Positions 29,403-39,400 are shown, counted from the stretch's first letter. The stretch: DNA of 64,000 bases from Trueperaceae bacterium (GCA_965213925.1 OZ243927.1:320001-384000), one strand, 5' to 3'. Made by a program: numbers and translations. Notes: a model not told the origin generated them from the sequence alone.

Positions 29403-30134
29403 ATGAGCTTTTTCGAGCAGACCTCCGGCACGATCGTCAACGTCTTGACGGTTCTCGTCGGCTCAGGTTTAGGACTCTTGCTGCGCGGGCGTCTGCCGCA
29501 GCGTATCGTCAACGTGGTGATGCAAGCTATTGGCTTGACGACGCTCTTAATCGGCGTCTTAAACGCGGTGGACTTAACCCGCGTGGAGACACCGCCCGGC
29601 ATTATTATAGGACTGATTGCGCTGGCGCTAGGTGGCGCGTTAGGAGAATGGTGGGGGCTCGAGGAGGCTTTAGAAGGCGTCGGCGAACGCCTCAAAGCGC
29701 GGTTCCAAGGACAGGGCCGCTTCACCGAAGGTTTTGTCGCGGCGAGCCTGCTTTTTTGCGTCGGACCGCTAACGCTCATCGGCAGCATTCAGAACGGTCT
29801 CGCCGGCGACGCCTCGTTTTTGCTGCTTAAATCCACCCTGGACGGCTTCGCCTCCTTAGCCCTCTCCGCGACTTTTGGCTTTGGCGTCATCTTTTCGGTG
29901 GTCGTCATCGCCGTCTATCAGGGTGCACTCTCGCTCGGCGCGGGGCTCTTCGCCAACCTCATCGCGGACCCCAGCACCGACCCGCGTGTGCTGCTTGTGA
30001 ACGGCGTCGGCGGGCTGATGATCATGGGCTTAGGGTTTGGACTTCTTGAAATCAAGAAGTTGCGCGTGGCGAGCTTGCTGCCTGCGCTGGTGCTGGTCGT
30101 AATGCTCTACTACGTGGGGTTGCTTTTTTACTAA
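29403..30134 (+). CDS. DUF554 family membrane protein
   Basis: GTIVN, GFVAASLLFCVG, KS.LDG, YQG. Confidence 0.9.
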   Translation: MSFFEQTSGTIVNVLTVLVGSGLGLLLRGRLPQRIVNVVMQAIGLTTLLIGVLNAVDLTRVETPPGIIIGLIALALGGALGEWWGLEEALEGVGERLKARFQGQGRFTEGFVAASLLFCVGPLTLIGSIQNGLAGDASFLLLKSTLDGFASLALSATFGFGVIFSVVVIAVYQGALSLGAGLFANLIADPSTDPRVLLVNGVGGLMIMGLGFGLLEIKKLRVASLLPALVLVVMLYYVGLLFY

Positions 30135-30198
30135 CGCCCTCACTTCGTCTAGTGGGAGCTTCGTGGTCACATTGTGGCACCCCTTTTTCAGCCTGATA

Positions 30199-30281
30199 TA
30201 GCAGGTATCATCTGGTTTGAACCAACCTCACGTTATAGAACATCGTGTAGCACGCACTTCAAGTGATGATACCTGCGCCAT
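30199..30281. repeat. TAGCAG MITE-like repeat copy
   Basis: tagcaggtatcatctggtttga (identical start at 56744) ... gatgatacctgcgcc. Confidence 0.8.
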
Positions 30282-30312
30282 TTCGCTCCAATACTTCCGA
30301 TAACCGCTATAT

Positions 30313-30445
30313 TGGTAGACCACGCTGAAAAAGCCACAGAAAGAGGCAGATGCAGCGGGGGGATTCATGAATCCCCCCGCCCGTTTCGTTTATGTCGCGC
30401 ACGCCCTCTAAGAAAGATGATCGTGACCTTTCTAGCGTGGTTGAG
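30313..30445. repeat. REP-containing repeat (copy B) with terminal inverted repeats
   Basis: accacgctgaaaaag ... ctttctagcgtggt enclosing gcggggggattcatgaatccccccgc. Confidence 0.7.
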
Positions 30446-30483
30446 CAATATACGTCGCGCAATTTCCGTATGACTACACCTCT

Positions 30484-31158
30484 TCATCCAGCTACTTGCT
30501 GCTCTTTAGGCTCCTGAATCAGCTTGATGACGCGCTCCTTGAAGCTCTGCCGGTCGTTGAGGTGGGGGAAGGGTTCATCGTTAGGTACGTCCACCTCCAG
30601 GAATTCGCCCAGCGGCTCCCAGCCCTCTTTTACGCTGTAAACGAGAAGTTTTTCGGGCGGCACGGTGCGCTTGACCTCTTCGATGTGGCTGTTAAAGACC
30701 TCTATGGCGTACGCCTTGTCCTCGAATCTGCCGTCAAAGGTGTGCTCCCATAGGAGTGACTTCACCATCCTGATAAAGGGTCGCATCGGCGGAGGCAGCG
30801 CCCCTTCTTCCATCTGGTTGCTCTGATAAATCGTCTCGCGCGCGCTCGAGTACCAAGATTCGGGGTCACGAGTCGTTAAGAGCACCTTCGCGTCCGGGTA
30901 GGCTGCCATAAGTTCTCTATAAAAGGTGCAGCCGGGCCAATCGAGCGTCGCCTTGTAACCGCTGAAAGGTTCGCTCCAGTCGGTAGGCTCGCCTGCGGCT
31001 TTGCGTTCCAAAGCGTCCTGCCACAGCGCGGCGTCCTCTGGCGTTTCTATCACCTCGAACATGTGATAGCACTTGCTAAACCCGAGTCTCTCTAACGCCG
31101 CCTTGAGCGACGTCGTGCCGGTACGCCCGAGACCTGCTCCGATTACCTCTATCGCCAT
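30484..31158 (-). CDS. Sulfotransferase-like P-loop protein (Sulfotransfer_4 type)
   Basis: VIGAGLGRTGTTSLK.AL..LG..CYHM, DWP, RDPESW, EGWEPL, FPHLN. Confidence 0.9.
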   Translation of the reverse strand: MAIEVIGAGLGRTGTTSLKAALERLGFSKCYHMFEVIETPEDAALWQDALERKAAGEPTDWSEPFSGYKATLDWPGCTFYRELMAAYPDAKVLLTTRDPESWYSSARETIYQSNQMEEGALPPPMRPFIRMVKSLLWEHTFDGRFEDKAYAIEVFNSHIEEVKRTVPPEKLLVYSVKEGWEPLGEFLEVDVPNDEPFPHLNDRQSFKERVIKLIQEPKEQQVAG

Positions 31159-31243
31159 ATCGTCCCCTAACCCCGACTGCCCTTACAGTGTTACGCAGTA
31201 TGGCAATACTAGATGAGGATTTGAAGAGAGGTGCTCTGAGCCT

Positions 31244-32143
31244 CTACCGCTCCCCCCACGCCTCCAAAAAGTTCGTCACGAATGCGGCGCTGTTCGCCGC
31301 CGCTAGCTCGAAAAAGATAGGCAACTCGTTCGCGCCGCCCCCACCCCCGGCGAGGTCCGAAAGGGAACGAAAGGCGATATACGGAACGCCGTTGGCGTAG
31401 GCGACGTGCGCTACCGCCGCCGTCTCCATGTCCAGCGCTTGCGCCTCTAAGGTCTCCCAGACCCAGACGCGGTAGTCGGCGTTGTCCACAAAGGTCGAGC
31501 CCGACACGCCGCTCCCGCCAATGATAATATCAGTTGCGTTCTCTAAGCAGATAGCCTCAGAGGTGCAGTCCTCGAGCCCCACCCCCGGCGCGACCTCTTG
31601 TGCCACCGCCAACATCGCCGCGTCCACCTCAAACCAGAAGCGCGCTTCCGCCGCGTCCGGCTCGCCCGACGCGCTCGTCACCTCGACGTCTTTAGGAAAC
31701 ATCATGCCGTAGTTGCCGTATTCCTCTTTGTAAAAGCCCGTGTCCCACCCCTCGGCGGTCTCGCGGGCGAAGAACTGCTCCTGATACTGCGCCCAGCGCT
31801 CCGGCACGCTCACGTCGCCGACGTTCAAGTCCGGGTTCACGCCGCCCGCGATGCCGCTGAAGATAACCGCGTCGATTTCGAAGGTGTCTAACGCAAGCTG
31901 CGTCGTCATCGCCGCGTTGACCATGCTCACGCCGGAGAGGAACAGCACGACCTCGTTGCCCGCTAGGGTGCCGAGGGTAAAGGTGCGCCCGTTGATGATT
32001 CTCTGGTCCTCGATGTCGGTTTGGCTGAGCAAGATTTCTAGCTCGGGCGCGAACGCCGAGATAACGGCGACGCGCGGCGTACTCTCTTGGGCGCTCGCGA
32101 GCGTGAGCACAGCGGCGAAAAAGATGCTCCAGAGGAGTTTCAT
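31244..32143 (-). CDS. Secreted MTA/SAH nucleosidase-family (purine phosphorylase fold) protein
   Basis: Signal peptide; SAFAPE, SGVSMVNAA, FSGIAGG, DMETAA, FRSLSDLAG. Confidence 0.88.
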   Translation of the reverse strand: MKLLWSIFFAAVLTLASAQESTPRVAVISAFAPELEILLSQTDIEDQRIINGRTFTLGTLAGNEVVLFLSGVSMVNAAMTTQLALDTFEIDAVIFSGIAGGVNPDLNVGDVSVPERWAQYQEQFFARETAEGWDTGFYKEEYGNYGMMFPKDVEVTSASGEPDAAEARFWFEVDAAMLAVAQEVAPGVGLEDCTSEAICLENATDIIIGGSGVSGSTFVDNADYRVWVWETLEAQALDMETAAVAHVAYANGVPYIAFRSLSDLAGGGGGANELPIFFELAAANSAAFVTNFLEAWGER

Positions 32144-32362
32144 GAGGACCTCTTTTCTCAGTGGGTTAAAGGGTGTGTAGGTTCGGGAATGCTGCAAAGA
32201 GGTGGAGGGGTTTGTGGTGAGTGACCTCGAGCCGAATCATATCTGCTGTACGGCGCAGATTGCAAGACTGTAACGTTTCGTGTGTACAGTTTACAAAGGG
32301 GGCGAACGCGCTGACCCTCCGCGGTCAGTTGACCTCCTTTTGCGCATCTGCTACTTTACGCT

Positions 32363-33394
32363 ATGGCCACCCTTTCGACTTCCGCGTCCGTCCCCGCTCC
32401 TAACGCTGCTGCTTTCGATCCTGTCCTCGCCCGCGAGTGGATGGCGGTGGCGCGTTCAGACGAGGTGCAAGCTGACCCGGTACGCGTGCGGGTCTTGGGT
32501 GAGCCCGTCGTGGTGTGGCGCAGCAGCGAAGGGATTCACGCTTTCGGCGACCTCTGCATCCACCGGGGCGCGGCGCTCTCGCTCGGGCGGGTCGAGGCGG
32601 ACACGCTCGTCTGTCCGTATCACGGCTGGCGCTACGGCGGCGACGGGCGCTGCGTCAACATTCCCGCGCAGCCTGAAGGGGCAGGGATTCCCACGAAGGC
32701 GCGGGCGTTTCGGTACGGGTGCCGTGAGGCGTATGGGCTTATCTGGGTTGCGTTGGAGCCTTCAGAGAAGGATGTGCCAGAGCATGAGGAGGCGCTGACC
32801 TCTTCCTTCCGCACCCTCATCTGCGGACCTTACCTCCTGCAAGCCGAGCCGCCGCGCATCGTCGAGAACTTCTTGGACGTGTCGCACCTCATGTGGGTGC
32901 ACGAAGGGCTGCTAGGCGACTCGGACCACGCCGAAATCCCTGAGCACCGCGTGCACGAACGTAACGATAAAGCGGGCGGTAAACTCGTCAGCGACCCCAT
33001 CGACATCTTCCAGCCCGACCCCGACGGACGCGGGCGCGGCGTCACCAACCGCTACGTCTACGAGGTGCTCGCGCCGACCACGGCTCGCTTCCGCAAGACG
33101 GATTCGGACTCGGATAACGTCCTAGCGATGATGCTCCACGCCACACCCTTGGGTGAGGGAAAAAGCGTGGTGTACGCGCTACTCTCGCGCAACTACGATT
33201 TAGACGTGGAGGATGGAGTCTTTATCGACTTTCAGAACACCTTGATGGAACAAGACCGCCGCATCGTCGAGAGTCAGCGCCCGGAGCGGTTACCGCTCGA
33301 CTTACAAGCGGAGCTGCACCTCAAGTCGGACCGTTTGGCGATCGCCTACAGGCGCTACCTCGCGGAGCAGGGCGTACAGCTCGGGACGGCTTAG
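32363..33394 (+). CDS. Rieske non-heme iron oxygenase (VanA/methylxanthine N-demethylase-like)
   Basis: CIHRG..CPYHGW Rieske motif; ENFLDVSH..VH iron site; QDRRIVESQRP. Confidence 0.9.
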   Translation: MATLSTSASVPAPNAAAFDPVLAREWMAVARSDEVQADPVRVRVLGEPVVVWRSSEGIHAFGDLCIHRGAALSLGRVEADTLVCPYHGWRYGGDGRCVNIPAQPEGAGIPTKARAFRYGCREAYGLIWVALEPSEKDVPEHEEALTSSFRTLICGPYLLQAEPPRIVENFLDVSHLMWVHEGLLGDSDHAEIPEHRVHERNDKAGGKLVSDPIDIFQPDPDGRGRGVTNRYVYEVLAPTTARFRKTDSDSDNVLAMMLHATPLGEGKSVVYALLSRNYDLDVEDGVFIDFQNTLMEQDRRIVESQRPERLPLDLQAELHLKSDRLAIAYRRYLAEQGVQLGTA

Positions 33395-33696
33395 GAGCTT
33401 CAGAAATTACGCTGAAACACGTTGCAAGAGGCGAAGTTATTAGTTGCCGGAGTTCAGCAGTTAGCCGATTTACGCTGACCACTGCCAACACCTTTTCATC
33501 CTAGCCGACCTGACAAGACTTGGAGAAGTCGGTTGAGCAGAAGAGGTCCAGCGGGAGAGTGTAAACACCTCTTTTCCGTATCCTTCCCCCTGTATTTCCT
33601 CTTCTTCAAAAACCTCATCACACTCAACCGACACCTTGTACACATTTACCGCACCTACAGCTAGATAAACGCGCCCGCTCTCTGTTACACTTACTC

Positions 33697-36600
33697 GTGC
33701 ACCTCACCTCTTTAACGCTCCAGGGCTTCAAGAGCTTCGCGAACAAGACGACGTTGGAGTTCACCCCCGGCATCACCGCCATCGTCGGGCCGAACGGCTC
33801 GGGCAAGTCGAACGTGATCGACGCGCTGCGCTGGGCGTCGGGCGGCGGCAGGGCGAGCGAGTTTCGGGCGGAAGGTAAGACCGACCTTATCTTTCACGGC
33901 GCGGCGGGGCAGCGCAGCTTGGGTTACGCGGAGGTCGCGGTCGAGGTCGAACGCGCGGGCAGGAGCGTTCACGTGTCGCGGAGCCTCTTTCGGGACGGGC
34001 AGACGAAGCTCAAACTAAGCGGCAAGAACGCGCGGTTTCTGGACGTGGACGAGGCGCTTTCGGGGAGCGGCTTGGCGCGGGGCGGGCTCTCCATCATCGG
34101 ACAGGGTGAGGTCTCGCAGGTCTTGATGGCGGACCCACCGACGCTCCTGAGCTACGTCGAAGAGGCGGCGGGCGTAGCGAAATTGACCTCGAGGCGCGAA
34201 CAGACCCTCTCTCGTTTGGAGACTGCGCGGGAGCATTTGGAGCGCTTAGAAGATGTGATGCGCGAGTTGCGCCGTCAACTCGAAACCTTAGAAAGAGAAG
34301 CCGAGGAAGCGCAGCGGAGCGCCGCGCTGAGCCGCGAAAGGCTCGCCCTGCGCTGCACGCTCGCGCACCGGCGCGCAGAGGGTTTGCAGCGCGAGATCAC
34401 CGAATTAGAGGCGCGGCGGCTGAACGTGACGGCGGGTTTAGAACACGGCAAGGCGCAACTCGGCGCGGCGAGGGGGGCGTGGAGCCGTTCGCGTGAGGTG
34501 CTCGCCGAAACTGAAGGGGTTTACCGCCGCGCGGTGCAGGAGGCGGAGGCGCGGCGCGGCGACTTGCGTGTAGCGCAGGAGCGGTTAGCGGCGGCGCGTT
34601 CGAAGCGTGAGGGGTTAGCGCGTGAGGAGCGCGGCGTCGCCGAGGAGTTAGCGGCGCTCGCCGGAGCACAAGCGCCGACGCCGCCCGAGGGAGACCTCGA
34701 GGTACTGGAGCGTGAGTTGGCCACTCGAGATACCGAGTTGACCGCGCAGCGCGAGAGGTTGACAGCGCTGGACGCGGAGCTTGCCACGCTTTCTCAAAAC
34801 TTAGAGACCGCCCGCCGCACCGCCTTTGCGCAAGCACAAGCGGTGGAGCGTTACGAAGCGCAAAAAGAGAGCTTGGACGCACAACTGCGCGACGTGAAGG
34901 AGCGCTTGGTGGGCTTGGACGCGGGCGTTGATATCGCAGCTTTAGAAGCCGAAGTCGCGCGGGCGAGAGCCGCCGCCGACGAACGCGCGTCTCACCTCAC
35001 TGCGCTCCAAGAACGCCTCGCCACCCTGCAAAACGTCCACGCCAGCGCCCACGCCGAAGCGCAGGCGCGGGGGCGTGCGTTCGAACGGATCAAAGCCGCC
35101 TTCGACGCGCGGCGCGGCTACGCGCAGGGTCCCAAAAATGCGCTGACCTCGGGCATTCCCGGCGTCATCGGCTCGGTCGCCGACCTCTTGCGCGTACCTC
35201 CCGAATATCAGACCGCCCTCGGCAGCGCCCTCGGGCGGCGCGCGGAACACGTCGTGGTCGAATCCGCCGAGGTCGCTAAGGAGGTCTTAGCGCACGTGCG
35301 GCGCTCGGGGGGCTGGGTGACGCTCTTGCCACTCGAGCTGGTCAGAGGCAGACCCGGATATCTCTCCGATGAGCTTCGCAATGAGCCGAGTATGGTCGGG
35401 CTCTGCGCCGAACTCGTCGAGGCGGACCCTAGATACGCGGGCATCGTGAACCAACTTCTCGGCACCACCGCGCTCATCACCTCCTTAGACGACGCGGTGA
35501 CGCTCGCCCGCCGCTACGCCAAAAGACCGCGCTTCGTGACGTTGCAGGGCGACGTGATGGAAGCTTACGGCGCGATGACGGGCGGGCGTCCGCAGGGAAG
35601 CGGCGCGGTTTTGGGGCTCGCGGCGGATTTGGAGGAAGCCGAAGTCGCCGCGCGAGAGGCGGCGCGAGACGCAGCGGCGCAAGGGGACGCGGTAGGGCGT
35701 CTGCAAACAGAGGTCAAAGAGGGGTTGGAGCAGCGCCGCAACCAGCACGCTACGCTAGAACGCGTCACCGAAGCCTTGCGGGCCGCGCGGGAACAGGCGG
35801 CGGCGCGAGGGTCTTTGGAACGCGAGCTGTCTCGGCAGCGGCTCGAGCTAGAGGCGCGCCTAGCCACCCTCACGCCGCCTGAGTCTTCTGAGCGTGCAAC
35901 GCAAGAGGTCGCAACGTTAGACGCGCGAGCGAACGAGAAGCAAGCCGAGCTTACAGCGTTACGTCAAGCGGTGCGTTCGTCCGAGATGGCGAGAGGAGAG
36001 ACCGCGCAGACGCTGGCGCTTCTCCGCGAGCGGCAGAAGGACTTTGCACGGGCGCTAGAACGTTTCCAAGCTGGGCAGGCGCGGCTGGCGCAGGTGAAGG
36101 CTCGAGCCGAAGCGTTGCGGCGAGAACTCGGGACGGCTTTAGGGGCTGAAAAGGTAGCCGAGGCGAGCGTTTCGGAAGCTGAGGCGCGTGTGCCGCAGAA
36201 CTTGGACGTACAAGAAAACGCACTCTCAGAGGCTCAGGAACGTGCTCAGCGTGCAGAGGAAACGCTAGGCGAGCTGACCCAGCGCCAAGCGGAGCGCGGG
36301 GCGTCGCTCGAAGAGGTCAAGCTGACCTTGGCGCGGCGCGAAACGGCGTTAGAGGTCGCGGAGGAGGAGCGCTCGAGCTTCCCCCCCGGCGTCGAGGTCT
36401 TAGAGGGTGGTCTCAAAACGCTCCGTGACCGCCTCAGCACCGTTACCCAAGCCTTGGAGAGTCTAGGTCCCGTCAACCACCGCGCCGCCCAAGAAGCCCA
36501 GGTCCAGCGCGAACGCTGGGAGAGCCTCGTCGCTCAATCCAATGAAGCGAACCTCGCCGCCGCCGAACTCACCTCCGTCTTGACCGACATCGAAGGCACG

Positions 36601-37086
36601 GTGCGCACCCGCCTGGACGCTGCCGTCACGCAGCTCAGGGCAAAGTTCGCCGAGCACATCACCCAACTTTTCGGCGCGGGCGCAGAGGCGAGTATCGATA
36701 CGGTAACCGAAGAGGGGCGACCCACCGGGCTCAAAATCAGCCTGCAACCTCCTGGCAAGCAGACTCGCTCCCTGAACCTCTTGTCCGTCGGGGAGCGGAC
36801 GATGGGCGCGATGGCGTTTTTGTTCGCGCTCATGAGCGGCGAAAACGAGACGGGGCTGCCTATCGCGATTTTAGACGAGGTGGACGCGCCTCTAGACGAA
36901 GCGAACATTCGACGCTTCTGCGCCTTTTTAGAGCAACTCGCCGCAACGGGCACGCAGTTCGTCCTCATCACGCATCAAAAGGCGACGATGGAGACCGCGC
37001 GGACGCTGTGGGGCGTGACGACGGAGCGCGGGGTGAGCCGCGTGTTTAGCATCAGCCGGGCGGAGGCAGACGCGGTTGTGTCTTGA
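33697..37086 (+). CDS. smc: Chromosome segregation protein SMC
   Basis: GFKSF, GPNGSGKSN, coiled coils, hinge, LSVGE signature, LDEVDAPLD, LITH. Confidence 0.95.
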   Translation: MHLTSLTLQGFKSFANKTTLEFTPGITAIVGPNGSGKSNVIDALRWASGGGRASEFRAEGKTDLIFHGAAGQRSLGYAEVAVEVERAGRSVHVSRSLFRDGQTKLKLSGKNARFLDVDEALSGSGLARGGLSIIGQGEVSQVLMADPPTLLSYVEEAAGVAKLTSRREQTLSRLETAREHLERLEDVMRELRRQLETLEREAEEAQRSAALSRERLALRCTLAHRRAEGLQREITELEARRLNVTAGLEHGKAQLGAARGAWSRSREVLAETEGVYRRAVQEAEARRGDLRVAQERLAAARSKREGLAREERGVAEELAALAGAQAPTPPEGDLEVLERELATRDTELTAQRERLTALDAELATLSQNLETARRTAFAQAQAVERYEAQKESLDAQLRDVKERLVGLDAGVDIAALEAEVARARAAADERASHLTALQERLATLQNVHASAHAEAQARGRAFERIKAAFDARRGYAQGPKNALTSGIPGVIGSVADLLRVPPEYQTALGSALGRRAEHVVVESAEVAKEVLAHVRRSGGWVTLLPLELVRGRPGYLSDELRNEPSMVGLCAELVEADPRYAGIVNQLLGTTALITSLDDAVTLARRYAKRPRFVTLQGDVMEAYGAMTGGRPQGSGAVLGLAADLEEAEVAAREAARDAAAQGDAVGRLQTEVKEGLEQRRNQHATLERVTEALRAAREQAAARGSLERELSRQRLELEARLATLTPPESSERATQEVATLDARANEKQAELTALRQAVRSSEMARGETAQTLALLRERQKDFARALERFQAGQARLAQVKARAEALRRELGTALGAEKVAEASVSEAEARVPQNLDVQENALSEAQERAQRAEETLGELTQRQAERGASLEEVKLTLARRETALEVAEEERSSFPPGVEVLEGGLKTLRDRLSTVTQALESLGPVNHRAAQEAQVQRERWESLVAQSNEANLAAAELTSVLTDIEGTVRTRLDAAVTQLRAKFAEHITQLFGAGAEASIDTVTEEGRPTGLKISLQPPGKQTRSLNLLSVGERTMGAMAFLFALMSGENETGLPIAILDEVDAPLDEANIRRFCAFLEQLAATGTQFVLITHQKATMETARTLWGVTTERGVSRVFSISRAEADAVVS

Positions 37087-37129
37087 GTGACAACGGTTTC
37101 ATGTTGCTAAGAGGTGAAGACCTAAAATT

Positions 37130-38146
37130 TTATGGTTCAAATCTAAATTCGCTCGAGGTCACGTATTCGTCAACATGGTCACAGGCAAGCCAGTGGCGCT
37201 GCAACCGTTCTGCAACAGCTCCCGTCGTATTCGAGCCTGCGAACGGGTCTAAGACCATATCGCTCGGTTCGGTGAGTAGCTTAATGAAGAACTCGGGGAG
37301 CGGCGCAGGAAAGCGGGCTGGATGAGGTTTGACACCTGCCTCTTTACACCGTTTCGTATAGCGGTCATTGGCAGCGTTGTTGCCAAATTTAAGCATGTCG
37401 AACGCTATCTCGTCCGTTCCGTCTACAGCAAGTTCTTCTTCGATGACGTTGGGCGGAATTGACCCGCCTGCTGATATCTCGCTAAAACTGGGTTTAATCG
37501 TATAGCCCCCTGGTCTCTTCCGTTGCTTCAACCCTTTTTCATTTAAGCGTTTCATATCCTTGCTGTAAGGGCGCAAAACGTTACGATTGGTGGCTTTAGG
37601 CCACTCCGTTTTACTGAACCACCAAACATATTCGACTGAGTCTCTGATACGAATGCGACGAACCGTCACCCACTCCGCAGGAACGGGCATTTTAGCAGGA
37701 TTGAACCAGAAGCATTCCTGAGCAAGATGCAGACCTATCTCTTCCACAAGTGCGATGAGGAGTTTGAAGTGATAGAGCGAGCGGGTAGGACTACCTTTAT
37801 TATAGCTACCGCCAATGTTGAGAACAAAGCTACCGTCATCCGTGAGAATGCGCTTAATTTCCTCAGCGAAAGGCAAAAACCATGCAATATAACCTTCTTT
37901 AGTCCACTTGAGCTTATCTTCTTTTGATGCGTTTTTGTATTCTTTTTGAAAGTGAAGTGCGTAGGGTGGGGATGTGATAACGGTATTGACAGAACGCTCT
38001 GGCAAGCTCTTAAGTAAGCTAAGCGCGTCACAGGTGTAAGCGCTGCCGTAGTTTGTGATATACGTTGGCTCAAGATTAGGTAGGAGCCGCTTAGGGTTTT
38101 CCTCCTCGTTGAAAAGGAGCGTGGCCTGTTCAGCTACGTCGGTCAA
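37130..38146 (-). CDS. Beta-class amino-DNA methyltransferase, M.PvuII-like (probably m4C)
   Basis: [59 protein letters not shown]. Confidence 0.9.
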   Translation of the reverse strand: MTDVAEQATLLFNEEENPKRLLPNLEPTYITNYGSAYTCDALSLLKSLPERSVNTVITSPPYALHFQKEYKNASKEDKLKWTKEGYIAWFLPFAEEIKRILTDDGSFVLNIGGSYNKGSPTRSLYHFKLLIALVEEIGLHLAQECFWFNPAKMPVPAEWVTVRRIRIRDSVEYVWWFSKTEWPKATNRNVLRPYSKDMKRLNEKGLKQRKRPGGYTIKPSFSEISAGGSIPPNVIEEELAVDGTDEIAFDMLKFGNNAANDRYTKRCKEAGVKPHPARFPAPLPEFFIKLLTEPSDMVLDPFAGSNTTGAVAERLQRHWLACDHVDEYVTSSEFRFEP

Positions 38147-38226
38147 GAGAACGCCTCACATTCAAGGTACAATGCTGCCGTGCAAACATTGCGTAAGTTT
38201 ACAATAACGCTACTATATAGAAAATG

Positions 38227-38243
38227 GGTTCACAATGTCAACC
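38227..38243. promoter_or_regulatory. Candidate operator overlapping the HTH gene start
   Basis: Imperfect palindrome GGTTCACA-A-TGTCAACC. Confidence 0.35.
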
Positions 38244-38450
38244 TATTTGTCTAAGGCTGCTCAGCCAGAAGATTGGATTTCGCAAGCGGAAGCGGCAAGG
38301 TTGCGGGGTGTAAGTAGGCAAGCCATCGCGAAGCTCGTTCGCAACAAACGTGTGCGCACGCTCGAGATAGGCGGTCATACACTCGTCAGCAAGCATGATA
38401 TAGAAGCGTACCAGCCGCTACCCGCAGGACGACCTAAAAAAGATGCCTAA
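38235..38450 (+). CDS. Small HTH DNA-binding protein (controller-like)
   Basis: ISQAEAARLRGVSRQAIAKLV HTH; overlaps the next gene. Confidence 0.8.
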   Translation: MSTYLSKAAQPEDWISQAEAARLRGVSRQAIAKLVRNKRVRTLEIGGHTLVSKHDIEAYQPLPAGRPKKDA

Positions 38451-39168
38451 ACCTTCTTTTGAAGAACTGAGAAAATTAGTTGATGCGCTGTCCCAAGGTG
38501 AGAAACAGCGTTTGTACCAATATCTAAGGAGTGAGGTAGACCCTCATCCTTTAGAAATTGAGTGGAATATTGAAAGCGATTATATTCTGAGCGCTATTCA
38601 GCGTTCGCCGGATATAACCCGCCGTGGCATACGCGGCATTTTGGCGGAAGCTAAGCTCGGCACGGATATCATCTCTCCCTTGAAACAGCAGGGATGGCGC
38701 GAGGTCACGGCGACAACAGACTTACCGCACGACTACTTGATCAAGGACAGTCAGGGAACAGTCCGAATTCAGGTCAAAAACCAAAGGCGGGAAAAGGGTA
38801 AGCCGTTAAGCGCTAAAAGCAAATTTAAGCGGGAAGACTACTACATCGTTGAGACGCAGAAGACGCGCAGCGGTAAGAACAAAGATGGCGAAACCACGCG
38901 GGCTTATAGATACGACGAGTTCGATATTATCGCGGTTTGTTTGCAACCCTCTACAGGCAGTTGGAACGATTTCCTTTTCACCGTAGCAAATTGGCTTTTG
39001 CCTAGCGATAAAAATTCGGCTTGGATAGGTACGTATCAACCCGTACCTCAGACGAAAAATGATGTCTGGACGGACGATCTCGAAGCGGCAATAAGGTGGT
39101 TTAGAAGTGGAGCAAGCAAAAGAATTTGGCCGCCACAAGATTCAAATGAGAAGAGGCTGTTTGATTAA
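38443..39168 (+). CDS. Putative type II restriction endonuclease (PD-(D/E)xK-like)
   Basis: E..HDY...RIQVK pattern, YRYDEFDIIAVC; AT-rich; adjacent to the methylase. Confidence 0.7.
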   Translation: MPKPSFEELRKLVDALSQGEKQRLYQYLRSEVDPHPLEIEWNIESDYILSAIQRSPDITRRGIRGILAEAKLGTDIISPLKQQGWREVTATTDLPHDYLIKDSQGTVRIQVKNQRREKGKPLSAKSKFKREDYYIVETQKTRSGKNKDGETTRAYRYDEFDIIAVCLQPSTGSWNDFLFTVANWLLPSDKNSAWIGTYQPVPQTKNDVWTDDLEAAIRWFRSGASKRIWPPQDSNEKRLFD

Positions 39169-39180
39169 AAAGGAAACCAT

Positions 39181-39220
39181 AAAAAAAGCGCGCCGAACCT
39201 TCAGCGCGTTCTATTTTTTA
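39181..39220 (+). terminator. Probable (bidirectional) intrinsic terminator
   Basis: A-run, gcgcgc-cgaaccttca-gcgcgt stem, T-run. Confidence 0.5.
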
Positions 39221-39260
39221 TATTCTACACCCATATGCACTATTCGTCAAGAGGTTGCAC

Positions 39261-39400
39261 TGAGACCCGGACAAAAGTACGTATAACCCGCCTTGAGGTT
39301 TCTAAAGAACGCCGTTTGAGACGAAGAAACTATTCATTTTTAGATCCGCTGTTAGATTTGCCGTGCTGAACGGTGCCAAGTGAGTTTCGTCCGGGTTCCA
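39261..39400. mobile_element. 140-bp MITE-like element
   Basis: Ends tgagacccggacaaaa and tttcgtccgggttcca; flanked by the direct repeat GGTTGCAC (39253-39260, 39401-39408). Confidence 0.6.

Noticed and set aside
36778..36800. Non-canonical SMC signature LSVGE as inactivation
   Set aside because: Deinococcota SMCs commonly deviate at this position and the other ATPase motifs are intact
37130..38146. This methylase as the cause of CTCGAG enrichment
   Set aside because: It sits in an AT-rich, recently acquired-looking cassette and its target cannot be read from sequence, whereas the enrichment spans the whole window
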